A stretch of 64,000 nucleotides of DNA. It comes from Oculina patagonica (Eukaryota). The stretch lies in the NCBI RefSeq assembly GCF_052425735.1, contig NC_135762.1, positions 17,050,001 to 17,114,000 on the forward strand, read 5' to 3'. The first letter of the stretch is position 1; every line of letters starts with the position of its first letter. The position numbers and the translations under genes are program-made. This document shows positions 24,811 to 36,800 of the stretch, piece after piece. The notes beneath the pieces were generated by a model. It did no database searches, had not been told where the DNA came from, and was given only the letters and a program-made list of their open reading frames with translations.

Positions 24811-24952
24811 TGTTATATAATAGGTATTGTTCAGATTGTTAGGACTGCGCATGTGCAGTTACACGTGTGATTCGGATGTTCAGATTAAAGAGAATTGAGT
24901 TGCGTTTACTCAGTGTTTACTTCTGTTCTCGATAATTTATCCGTTTACAACA
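24811..24952 (+). repeat. 3' LTR of the Gypsy element
   Basis: Follows the PPT at 24,800-24,810 and matches the 5' LTR. Confidence 0.97.
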
Positions 24953-26384
24953 ATCACATTTACCCCTCTAACAAGATATGCAGCACAGCAAGCCTGTCCA
25001 ACTTCCCACATAAGCGACCCTACATTAAATCCCATACTGCGACTAGTGATGAACACTGGAAGCCTTCTTAGGCAAAATGCCCTCGGGCAACCAAACGTTT
25101 AAGATGTCAGCTCCATTTCAACCTCACTGAAAGAAACCAACTGGCCAAACAGCAGACCGGAAATGGCCAGTGACATTACTATGCAACTTAGCACCACTCA
25201 GGTAAGCGAATATGAACCAATCTATAATAAGTGACAAAAGTGTTGACACATTGTCATTTTAGGCTCCACTTTATTGGTATGCAGTCTAATTTCACTCTTT
25301 CATCCCTCTTTTTAATTTTATCTTGATGCAGGTGTCACTGACTCCATAAAGGGCTCTTAAATTGAAAAGAGCCTGTGAGAATTTGCTACCTTCTGCCTCC
25401 CCAAGAATTAGGGATGAGGCCCAGGTACTAGGGCTTATGACCTCTAGCTTTCCTCCAGCTTTCACACCCTAAAAATACTCAATATTGGGCATAATTATAT
25501 CATCAGCCCTCCCTAAATTAGTGCGAATGTGTCCACTTACAGGATTTATAGACTAAACACTCAGGTTCCTGTGCTCCATCTTACGGGACTAGCTCCTGAC
25601 AAATGACTCAGAATTCCAATTAAACCTCACCTTACGAGTAAGTCTCATTGAAATTTTTAAATTTGAATACAATATACAACTGTTGTATTATTTGCAGCTT
25701 ATCTTAAATCTTTGACGATTGTAAAATTATTGATAGTTGGTTTTAGAGATAATGATTACAATAACTGATTTGAGGGTGTGTTAGGGAGTTGGAAAGTGTG
25801 TGAAAGATTCTGATGTTATTTCATCTATTTATGTTATTGCAGAGCTGGAAGTTGTCAAACAACAGCAAAACAAAGATGGTTTGTTCCATTTCATGTAATT
25901 TGTAAGGAAAGAAAGAGATAAGTATGTAACAGGAATTGACTGTCAGATGAAGCAAAGGAGTAAAGGAGTAAAATCGGCCTTGCTTACCAGAAAAATGACC
26001 ATTTCCAAACTATCGAGCCACCTTAATAACGTCCTTGATGACTGCACTGAACCTCATCCCACCCCTTGTTCGCCATTATGTACAGACCATTTGGGCAATG
26101 GAATTTCTTTCCAACCTACCGGTATGTAGTGGATTCAGTAAACAGTTAATAGTTGGTTCAGTAAACATACTCTAATGGTATTTTAAAATCTAAATTATCA
26201 AGGCGTTTCATTTTTTAGTTAGTAATTTTTAATAATTAAGTAATAAATCTTTTATTGTGTATGTATATTTCTTGACTTTTGTATCTTAATTTTTTTGTTT
26301 TTATCATTTTAGTGTGGCTCAACATCATTACGGCAAAGTTTAACTCAAGCCAATGCATCCAGCTGTCTTCCCGTTCTGCAGTAT

Positions 26385-26960
26385 GTGAACAGTGGAGCGA
26401 CCCCTAAGGACTTGTAGAGCTATTGTTGTGTATTGCATTACATATCAAGTGCCAATGTTTCTGGAGAAGGAAGTATACTCCTTGGCCTCAAATAGGATAA
26501 GGTCGTTAACACCCTGGCTATTACTTTTCCTCAAGAGAGAGCAGAGCCGACCAAGAGAGAAATTCTGGGGAAGTTAGCTTGAAGTTATGATCCCCTTGGT
26601 CTAGTTTCTTCCACAACGCTACACGGAAAGTTCATCAATAAGGAGGCCTGTGGCTGGTGGCTGCAAAAGCACGGCTGGCTTAACAGCGATTGACCAATCC
26701 AAGCCTCAAGTTGGTTGTAGAAAACATGACAGCTTACTCAATAGATAACAGTCCATTGCTGGCTTGACAGCTCCATTGCATTCAGGGTAACGGCGAGTAC
26801 TGACAGTTTGTGGCAAAACACATGAAGAAAATCAAGGATCACAAGATCAACGAGTGTGGACTTGAAGATGGACCTAATTGGTTGCAAGATCGGCAGGCTT
26901 GGCCGCCAAATCCAGTGACTACAGCCAGTAAAGTTACTGAAGCCAAGTCAAAGATCATAA
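26385..26960 (+). pseudogene. Old BEL/Pao pol remnant
   Basis: LGLK*DK..EPTKREILGKLA*SYDPLGLVS; QFVAKHMKKI; GPNWL..WP. Confidence 0.7.
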
Positions 26961-27286
26961 AAGAGGTGTTAGGCCACAATGAGAAAGGTCCGAGAACATG
27001 AAAAGGCAGTAACAGTGTGCAAAGAAAACCACCAAGCACGCCACTGGAACTCTCCAGTTAAATACTTATCAAACTTTCGTGACTGTGTCTCAGAAAATTT
27101 AATGTGTTTGATTTAAAATGCGAATTGATGTCCGACCAATTTTCTAATATGTCCGTTCAAAATAGAAGTTTGGAAGGACACATGTCCTTTTAAGTAAGAA
27201 AAATATTTCTAGCACTGGACGCCTCAAACTTGCCACATTTTAACAAATTTATACAACCATGAATTACAGCTAAATTCCACAACAGT

Positions 27287-27480
27287 TGTTGAAAGCTTAA
27301 CTTTCTAGACTAGCCGTTTTGTACTAGAGATCGGACGTGACATTGCGTGACAAGCCGAACGTTCTAGATAAGTCGTTTTGTATTGTTTTGTAGCCCGGAT
27401 GTGACATTGCACGAATTGTTGTACCCCCCTCTAGGGGTTGTAGAAACATGTGCTCGAAGAATAAATACGGAGTTCAAACA
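27287..27480 (+). repeat. 5' LTR of the BEL/Pao element
   Basis: TGTTG...AAACA with AATAAA and an internal imperfect duplication. Confidence 0.97.
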
Positions 27481-27498
27481 TGGTTACCCGCGACGTGT
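27481..27498 (+). promoter_or_regulatory. Primer-binding site, tRNA-Trp-like (imperfect)
   Basis: TGGTTACCCGCGACGTG compared with the tRNA-Trp complement TGGTGACCCCGACGTG. Confidence 0.6.
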
Positions 27499-27553
27499 TT
27501 AATCGCTAGCCTCGAGTGTTGTTTACTTTCGTCTGTCGCCAACGCCGATCGAA

Positions 27554-30500
27554 ATGAAGACGAAACAAATTGATCAGCTGAGGAGAGCCCGCACTGGGTT
27601 GAGAGGCTGGATGAAAAGGGATTTTGACGCTGTTAGAAACATGATTGAGTCCGACTTGCCTGAAGTTACTCGAGTGGAGGAAAAACTCGATTCGATTGTT
27701 GCGAGATTGCAGAAAGCCGAGGATCTGCAGATGGAAATCGAGAAGCTCTTGGACGATGATACTCAAGTAGGAGATGAAGTGGAAGCTCAAGGACCATGGT
27801 TCGATATGGTAAGAGAACGAATTCATGATGTAAAATTATGGTTAAAGAACAGCCAAAAGCAAAATGAAAGTGCGAAGCTTGAACCCATTGCTCCATCACC
27901 AAAACATACGTCAAGTACGCCTAAAATTAAGTTGCCAAAGACTGACCTTAGGAAATTCTCGGGCGATGTGTTGGACTGGCCAGAATTTTGGGACATTTTC
28001 AGAGTAGCAATACATGACAACGTTGAAATACCTACCGTGCAGAAGTTTGTTTACTTAAAGTCCCTGCTATCTGACGAAGCCGCAGGATACATTGCAAACA
28101 TCAAAACTGAAGAGGCAAACTATGAAGTTGCTGTACAACGCCTGACATCACGCTATGGCAAGGATGAAGTGCAAAAAATCGCCTAATGACTAAACTAGCA
28201 GACATGAAACCACTTAAACAATCCAATAAAGCTATGAGAGATGCATTGGATGAGCTTTGTGCAACTGTGCGAGCGCTTGAAGTACAAGGAGTTACTACTG
28301 AACAATATGGATCCCTTTTGATGCCTTTGATCGAATCAAAACTTCCCAAGGATTGGAGATTGGTGTGGGCCCGAGAAAAAGCTGGCTTATCAAAGGAAGA
28401 TGTGACATTTTCGAAGCTGCTGAAATTTTTGGAACAGGAACTGGAAATCCGAGAGAGTGCTGACCAGCCTGTTGAGGTAGAACAGCACCAGTCTATCGAA
28501 AAAGAAAAAACTTTGTTGCCAACTGCATCTGGTTTAATGGCTAAATCTGTAACCTGTACCTTTTGCAAGGGTCCACATAGTCCTAAACAGTGCTCTGTAC
28601 CTATGTCGGTTGATGATCGCTTTAAGAAAGTGAAAGAAATAAGGGCTTGCTTTCGTTGTGCTCGACGTGGACACCGGATGGCCGCATGTGGGTTTCGAAA
28701 ACCATGCCCGTGTGGGAGAGGATCCCATATCCCTCAGCTATGCAAGACTGGTGGAGTGAAAATTCCAGAAGTTCAAAACCCCACTCCAAGTACCAGTAAC
28801 CCACCAAACCACCCAAGTTGGAATCCTGCTGCCCCTCCTTATACACCAGCTAACCAGAGTCATTTGCCACCGTCGTCTCAACCTACAAACGCTGCTGTAA
28901 TGTCTTCCGCTAAGAATGCTGACATCAAAACTGCTGGCATGATGATGAGAACTGTGTGTGTTGTTATTGGGGATGTGGCTGTAAGAGCACTGTGTGACAC
29001 TGGGGCCACTTTTACAATGATGTCTTCATTTTTGGCTGCAAATGTACCAAAGAGAGTTGTGGGCAAACGTCATTTGCGGATTGAGACACTTGGAGATGTG
29101 CTGGAAGGCGAATTCGATGTTGTTGAGGTGACTGCAAGAGGAGTAAATCTTCCAAATACCTTTACCTTCCAAGCTGTAGTGATGGATGAGTTATCTGGTG
29201 TCTTTGAGAGGGTGGAGCCTGAGTCCTATCGAGCCCTTCAAGAGGTTGTTGGTGGTTGTCCAGTCCTTGCTGATCTTGCTGGCCCTGGTACAGATAGCAT
29301 TGGTATTGTGTTTGGCGAAGATTGCTATGACACCATTGTCCAAGGTATGACAGTTAAATTGAGGAACGGCCTCAAAGGAACACCAACAATTTTTGGGTGG
29401 GTCCTTCATGGTGGAAGTGGATCCATTCCATTTGCGGGTGTGGCTGCCAGAGCTCATGTCCATGCATTTCGAGCCTCTGTTCATGAACAACTTCAGAACT
29501 TTTGGACTTTGGACCACCTTGGTGTTGCACAGGAGGAGGTGTTGGAACGAGACCTTGAGCAGGAGGTAAAGAATGCTATCCAACGCGATGAATCTGGGAA
29601 GTATGTTGTGTCGTGGCCTTGGAAACCTCAAGCCCGAAAGCATTTAGCACTTAACAAGGCCCTTTGTGAAACAAGGCTTCGCCGCATGGTGAGAAAGTTG
29701 ATGCCTGAAGAGTACACAGCATATGACACTCAGTTAAAAACACTCCTCGAAGAGGGTCACATTGAGCTGCTACCAGAAGCCTGCATTCCTCAGTCCTATC
29801 TTCCACATCGAGGAGTTGTTAAGCCTGATCGAGAGACAACTAAACTGCGTATTGTACATGATGCCTCAGCTAAGTCTGAAGGAGGCCTTTCTCTTAACGA
29901 TGCCCTTGAGAAAGGACCAAACCTTTTACCGCTGTTGTGGGGCATACTTCTCCGTTTTCAGAGTTGGCAAAGTTGGTGTTGTTGGTGATCTTGAAAAGGC
30001 ATTTCTCCAGCTGTCGCTTCGTGAGGAAGACCGAAATGTTTGTTGCTTCTTGTGGCTCAACCTGCAAGGGGAGATCGAGGTGTACAGATACAAGAAGGTT
30101 TTCTTTGGTGCCAAATCCTCACCATTTCTGCTGCAAGTAGTCCTAAAACAGCATTTAGAGGGTTTCATCGGTGAATCAGAAATGGCTTCCCAACTTCTTC
30201 GCAACCTTTACATGGATGATCCGGTGAACTCAATGGAGAACACTGAGAAAGCAAGGGAGTTCTGGCATGAAGCAGTGCGTATCTTTAAAGATGGTGGCTT
30301 TAACCTGCGGAAATTTCGATCCAACGATGAAAATCTGCTCCATGAGTTTTCAGACAGCCAAGTGCAGCAACTCCACAAAGTACTTGGGGTTAGTTGGGAC
30401 TTAAAATCTGATGAACTTCTTCCACTTGTTGATCTGGAAGATATGGTACCAAGAAACTTACAAAGCGAGAAGTGTTGTCCTGCCTGTCTAAGATTTACGA

Positions 30501-32862
30501 CCCATGTGGGCAAGTGAGCCCTGCTGTCACTCCATTGAAGATTATTGTCCAAGACTGTTGGAAAGAGAAACTTGGATGGGATGAGGAAGTTGACCCGGAT
30601 TTGCGAAGGCGTATCGAAGAGGTATTGAAAGGGTTCTCAGGAGGAAACCATCTGAGAGTAAACCGATGGTTGGGAATAACTCCCTCTCAGTGCAAGTACA
30701 CAAAACTGTCACTTCATGTTTTCTGTGATGCCTCCTCCAGAGCCTATGCTGCGGCAGCCTACATTCGTGTTGCAGACACAAATGGAGACGTAACAGTGAA
30801 TCTTGTTGCTTCGAAATGTAGACTTGCCCCACCGAACGGAGACACGATACCTCGCCTAGAACTTCTTGGTGCCTTACTAGGAGCTCGACTTCTGAATTCA
30901 CTGAGACTGGAGTACAGCGGTGTCCTTAAGATTGATGATGAATTCCTTTGGACAGATTCCAGTGTTGCTCTCTCGTGGATAAGTCAAGGACCGCGCGTGG
31001 GTGGAGTGTTTGTAGCTAACCGCGTGGAAGAGATTACTGCTGTTGGTGGAGTGTGGTCGTGGGTTCCAACAGATGAAAACCCTGCGGACTTACCTGCTCG
31101 GGGTATGACGGTAGCTCAGTTGTCTGGCGCGAAGATTTGGTGGAGCGGCCCGGAATGGTTGAAACGACCTGAGGCAGAATGGCCGAAGCATCCAAAGAAT
31201 GACACAGATACTGCATTGCTGATGATGGCCGTAGCTGACAATCAAGAACCCAAATATGTGGAGGAAATTGTTGACCCAACCCGAACGAGCAAGTACCTTC
31301 GCACTTTGAGAAGTGTTGCCTGGATGCTACATTGGCGCAAGTCTCCTAAAAACACCCAAACTATGCTGACCTCAGAAGAGTTGCAATATGCCAAAATGGT
31401 CATCCTGAAACAAGTGCAAAGAAAGTTTTTCTGGAGGGAGTTAGAGTCACTGGAAAATGGCCAACCAGTTTACCGCCAGTCTAGTCTGCAGTCCTTACAC
31501 CCGTTCTTGGAAGGAGGATTAATCAGGATGGGGGGCCGATTGCAACAAGTGGAAGCGACCTTTGAGGAACTCCATCCAGTGCTAGTTAAGAAGTGTGGTG
31601 TTGTCAACCAATTGGTGCTTCATGTTCACGAACAAATGCAACATGCTGGTACTGCGACAGTTATTTCAGAACTGAGACGCCAAGGACTTTGGATCCTGCG
31701 CTCTAAGAAATCAGTCTCATCTGTGATACGGAAATGCAGGAAATGTAGCAGGTTCTTGGCGGCTCCTGCATCTGAACAGACACCTCCTCTACCTAGGTGT
31801 CGTGTAACTTGCAAGCGTCCCTTTGAAACTACTGGCATGGATCTAGGAGGACCGTTATACCTGAAGGATAACACCAAGGTCTGGTTCGTAGTATTTACCT
31901 GCATGTCAGTTAGAGCCATTCATTTGGAACTTGTGACGTCGTTGTCTGTAGAAGCGTTGACTCAGGCACTGCACAGAGATTTATGAACAGAAGAGGTGTC
32001 CCTCAGTTGTGCATAAGTGATCATGGATCAAACTTTGTGGCGGCAGCTAAGTGGGTTAAAGAGAAGAATCTTGACATGAAGTGGCAATTTGTGGTGGAAC
32101 GCGGACCTTGGTGGGGAGGAGCCTGGGAGAGGTTAGTGGGCATTGTTAAAGGCCTGCTACGTCGTTCGTTGGGCCATGATGTGCTTTCCAGGGAGGAATT
32201 AGTAACCGCTCTAACCGAGGTGGAGAAAGTCATCAACCGCCGGCCTATCACTTACTTGTGGGAGTCGAGCGATCCTGGTGGTGGTGTTCCTATCCCTTTG
32301 TGTCCTGAACAGTTCCTGTTGCCACCGCGAGAAGACTTCAAAGAAGAAGAAAGAGAACTGAACATCTCAGATGAATTTCAACGGAGAAAAAAGTGGCTTT
32401 CCTACATGAATGACATCTGGAAGAAAGAATACCTACATCAAGTGCTGGGTTCACAGGGGGAAGTTTGGAAGACATTGCCAAATCCTTTAAAAGAAGGAGA
32501 AGTTGTCCTTGTAGCTGATGACAGAGAAAAGCAGAGAAAAGCGTCTAAATTGGAAGATGGGGGTTGTCCGGCAGCTGATTGTTGGCAGAGATGGAAGGTG
32601 CCGTGCTGCGACTGTCCAGGTGAAGTCGGGATTGCTAAACCGACCAATTCGCAAACTGTACAAATTGGAGCTCTGTGCTGAATCTGACAATCTCCCGCCC
32701 ATTACAAGCTCACCAGAGAGTACTGAAAGAGATAATGGGATTTTAGACAGCGAGGCCGAGACGATGGAGGATGTTGATGAAGAAGCTGAACCTGAAGTCA
32801 CCCTTCCACAGAGGACTCGGAGAGGGAGAGAGATTGTTCGTCCAAGTCGCTATAAGGACTGA
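27554..32862 (+). CDS. BEL/Pao Gag-Pol polyprotein, broken by five frameshifts
   Basis: ORFs 27,554-28,186, 28,186-29,988, 29,762-30,517, 30,472-31,986, 31,983-32,681 and 32,518-32,862. KLPK..FSGD..W.EFWD gag, three zinc knuckles, ALCDTGA protease, YMDD RT, FCDAS RNase H, integrase DLGGP/SDHG/WERLV, C-terminal RPIRKLYKLE. Confidence 0.93.
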
Positions 32863-32912
32863 CTAAGTCGCTATTAGGACTGACTAAGTTGCTTTAAGGA
32901 CTGATTAAGTCG
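32843..32912. repeat. 21-bp tandem repeat (about 3 copies) across the BEL stop codon
   Basis: aagtcgctataaggactgact variants in tandem. Confidence 0.85.
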
Positions 32913-32944
32913 CAACATGCTACCGCAAGTTGCGAGGTGGAGGA

Positions 32945-33138
32945 TGTTGAAAGCTTAACTTTCTAGACTAGCCGTTTTGTACTAGAGATCGGACGTGACA
33001 TTGCGTGACAAGCCGAACGTTCTAGATAAGTCGTTTTGTATTGTTTTGTAGCCCGGATGTGACATTGCACGAATTGTTGTACCCCCCTCTAGGGGTTGTA
33101 GAAACATGTGCTCGAAGAATAAATATGGAGTTCAAACA
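32945..33138 (+). repeat. 3' LTR of the BEL/Pao element
   Basis: Matches the 5' LTR. Confidence 0.97.
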
Positions 33139-33256
33139 ACAGTATTCTAAAATAATCTGGCAGAAACCGCGGCTTTATAAATAGGTATTGAAAATAAACA
33201 CAGCAAAAAGTAACCAAACGAACTTGAAGCACAGAAGGATATTCAACTGCACTGCA

Positions 33257-33808
33257 TTTTCCCGCCAAATGTTCACATGCATAAAATAAAGCAAAACACG
33301 ACCATTACAGGTCAAGAACATTGAACTTCAGTGAATAAAGCTATAAAATACTTTTGCTTTAGGTAATAGATAAAAGAAATATCAGTTTAAACGAGGTAAA
33401 TGGAGCCTAAATCGAACAGGGAAACCAGTCTTTGCTGCAGAAGATCGCACCACAGCGAGTCCGTTCGGTGTGATGGTGTGATGGAATGCAAAACATTCCG
33501 AGCGAACAATACAATGACAACAATCAACGCTATGCTTTACCTTGTCAAACAAATATCTACTCACCTATCTGGCAGTCTTGCAAATATGCAAAAGAATTCC
33601 ACAGCCACATTTTGTTACTCAAAGGAACGAAGACCTCACCAACAATACCGCCAGCTACGCAGGCTACGAGCAAGGAAATGGACCTGTCAGACTCAGATTT
33701 CATCACGTGTGATGCCTCGTGGGATCAGTCGTCATGTACTTCATGTAATCACGAAAAGAGACTGGGACTAATCCACTTTGCAAATGGCGGCGTTTTTTCT
33801 CTGACAGC
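33257..33808 (+). promoter_or_regulatory. Putative WDR82 promoter / 5' region (E2F, E-box and YY1-like motifs)
   Basis: TTTTCCCGCCAAA at 33,257-69; CACGTG at ~33,704; CAAATGGCGGC at 33,781-91; locally CpG-rich. Motif matches only. Confidence 0.45.
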
Positions 33809-36800
33809 ATGAAACTAGTGGACAATACTATTCGAAGCTTTCGAGTGGCGAAAGTTTTTCGAGAAAATAGTGATCGGATTAATCATATAGACTTTTCACC
33901 AAACGGAGAGACTCTTATTACAAGCAGTGACGATGATTCGATTGTAATTTATGATTGCCTCGAGGGAAAGTAAGAGTTGAATACTGTTCTAAAGATGATT
34001 TTTACTTTGCTGTTTGGTTTCTAAATTTATCAATAGAGATATCCGACTTATCGAAAATGATGTTGCTGATCTTTCTAACTCTTTGTCGTTTTGCAGACCG
34101 AAAAGAACTCTTTACAGCAAGAAATATGGGGTCGCTCAAATCCAGTACACACATGCAACAAACACAGTGATTCACACTTCCACAAAGATTGATGGTAAGC
34201 CGTAAAATGTAGGAGGAAAAAATAATTGTTTTCAGTTTGCCCTAAGGTGTTAGTGTCAAGTCCAGTGTATTAGAAAACAAGATTATGATACAGTGTATGT
34301 CAAGCAAAGAAATTATCTTTTGGAGCAATCAATACCCTCAATATTAAGGTTCAGTTCACCTTCAGTTTACAAAAAGACATTAAAATACAGGAATAACGAG
34401 GTAAATGTAATAAAATGGAGGATACCGTATTTACTCGAATAAGCCCAGCGACGCTTATTAAATTTTCCGCGACTTAAGTGCGGTGCTTTTTCGAGGGTGG
34501 TGCTTATTTAAAATTTGGACGCCCTTAATCTTTTACTTACGGTACTTGAAAACAGCGTCTTTTGATTGTCAGTATATGTCTCTTGCTGAAGAGAGAAGTG
34601 ACGCTAGCTGTCCTGGCAAAGTTCACGGGCTTCACAACTTTTACAGAACTACTTATTGTAAAAATGTTAAATAGAAAAACTAATGGGAAATGAGTAAACA
34701 ATCACTTTTAGCTGCAAAACATCACTTTTGATGAAAAGAAATGTCCAAGTTTGTTTTCAAGTTGCTTTGTAGTGCTGTTTTTAATTAATTTAGAATTCCA
34801 TAAATGAGCGCCGTATTTGGGTGGGGGGGGGAGCTAATTAACTTTTTTGTCCCAAATGCAGCGCTTATTCGAGAGCGGTGCTAATTCAAGTAAGTATGGT
34901 AGGTCATATGATAGGCAGCTTCAATATTATTAAATCTCATTTTGTAGAAAACCTGTTTTAAATCATAATTTATTTGGAACCTAAAGCAGCTTTCATCTCT
35001 TTGTAACAGACACCGTTCGTTATCTCTCTCTCCATGACAACAAATATCTCAGATATTTTACTGGTCATACAAAGAGGTGAGGAAATGAATTTAGATGTTT
35101 TCATTCTTATTAATTTTTATTCAGTCAAATTACAAATATCCAGACTAGTTGAGTCTCCCAAAACAAGTCAGGAGATCAGAAACATTTGATATGGTGTGTG
35201 TAAAGTTAATTTTTAGTTGACTGTAAAAGAGTTTAAGTGATAGCAGTAAATCTAGCAGTAACTGTCCACTTCATGTAAGACCATGTGTGACCTTACATGT
35301 ACATGGAAAAACATACACTTAAATTTATCAGTTCCATGGGTAAGCAGTGTACATTTTCCTGTGTCCAGCATATAGTACATAAAGTGAAACCTACTATGAT
35401 TATATAGAATATGATACTATATGATTTATGTACAGATAAAACATCAAGTGAATATTCTTTGCCCCAGTAATAGTAAAATATATGGAAAAGGACCCTAACG
35501 ATGTATGATTATTTTTTTATATATGCATTTTGTTACACATTTGTTTATGTGAAAGCTTTCATTTTTTCTTATAGAGTGCTGACTCTTCACATGTCACCTA
35601 TGGATGACACTTTTGTATCAGGTTCGTTGGACAGGACTTTAAGGTTATGGGACTTGAGATCTCCGAATTGTCAGGTACTGATGTAGTTGCTCTAGAAAAA
35701 AATATGACTACTAACACTGAAAAATAGCAGAAATTCCCTTGCCAAACTTTCTTATGAAGATGACACATGTGTCTTCATGCATACCCAAGCAGAACAGTTA
35801 CAGTCAACAAAATCAGTGTTTCTTTACAAAGTTACCTAAAAAATTAAGATTTGCCTGCAGGCATAAATTTACATGTGTAGGCAGACCTCAACCAACCCAA
35901 AGATGTAACAAAATGGTGAAAGTTAAAGGCTTTTAGTTACTTAAATTTTTAAGCATGTATATTTAGAAGTCTTATTAAATAACTTAAGTCAGGGTTTTTT
36001 TTTTCTTGGGGACCAAATGACAAACTATGATCCTTGTCACAGGGGGGATAAGGGGGGAAGCCACAAGCCATGTGGCCCACACTGCCGGAGCTTATCCCGG
36101 TTTCCACAGCATTAATTAAGCATTTGACAATAAAAACAAGCAACAAAAATACACAACGTTTCAATGTCATCATTTTTAAGTGACAAGTAAAATAACGGTT
36201 CAACAGTGTTATTTTTATTGTCAAATGTTTATCTAAATTTAGTCTTATTAATTAAGCAGCTAGGAATATTTCTACTCCCCCCTAAATGGAATGCTAGTCC
36301 ATCGCAGGGTACCCCCCAGCATTATGTCGCTGGTACCTACAGTATTTATACACCTGGGTGGAGAAAGGCACCACGAGACTATGAAAGTAAAGTGTCTGGT
36401 TCCCAAAGTGCTATGTTCCTAATCTCTGCTATCTTTTAAATTTCTTAAAAATATTAATATTGATTTTTTTTTATTGTTTTATCAAGGGATTGATGCATGT
36501 GAATGGGAGACCTGTGGCAGCTTTTGATCCCGAGGGTCTTATATTTGCCGCTGGTGTGGACTCCGAAATGGTGAAACTATATGATTTGAGATCATTTGAC
36601 AAGGTAGTTATATATTTAGTAAAACTGTATTTATTTAATAATATACTCTGGAATATAAGTTAAAAGGTGTTTTTTTGAAAGTGGAGGAAAGAAAACTGTG
36701 TTGTGTTATTGGGATCAGTACTCATTGATTTAGACATCTTTGCTCTCCTTCTTTTACTCCCTGTTCAATCTTGATGGGGTACAATACAGATGGAGTTGTG

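Larger units (their letters stand above)
18879..24952 (+). mobile_element. Full-length Ty3/Gypsy (Mag-like) LTR retrotransposon, young
   Basis: 142-bp TG..CA LTRs at 18,879-19,020 and 24,811-24,952 (1 mismatch seen); 5-bp TSD ATCAC at 18,874-78 and 24,953-57; PBS; PPT aaagggggaga; domain order gag-PR-RT-RH-IN. Confidence 0.97.
27287..33138 (+). mobile_element. Full-length BEL/Pao LTR retrotransposon, young
   Basis: 194-bp TG..CA LTRs at 27,287-27,480 and 32,945-33,138 (1 C/T mismatch seen); 5-bp TSD ACAGT at 27,282-86 and 33,139-43; PBS; PPT gaggtggagga. Confidence 0.97.

Noticed and set aside
33382-33812. ORFs upstream of WDR82 as a separate gene
   Set aside because: No recognisable domain; includes a common repeat end (cgccagctacgcaggcta). 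A non-coding divergent transcript cannot be excluded.
34195-35009. let-7 miRNA as found in the vertebrate WDR82 intron
   Set aside because: No TGAGGTAG let-7 sequence seen; the intron contains a MITE.
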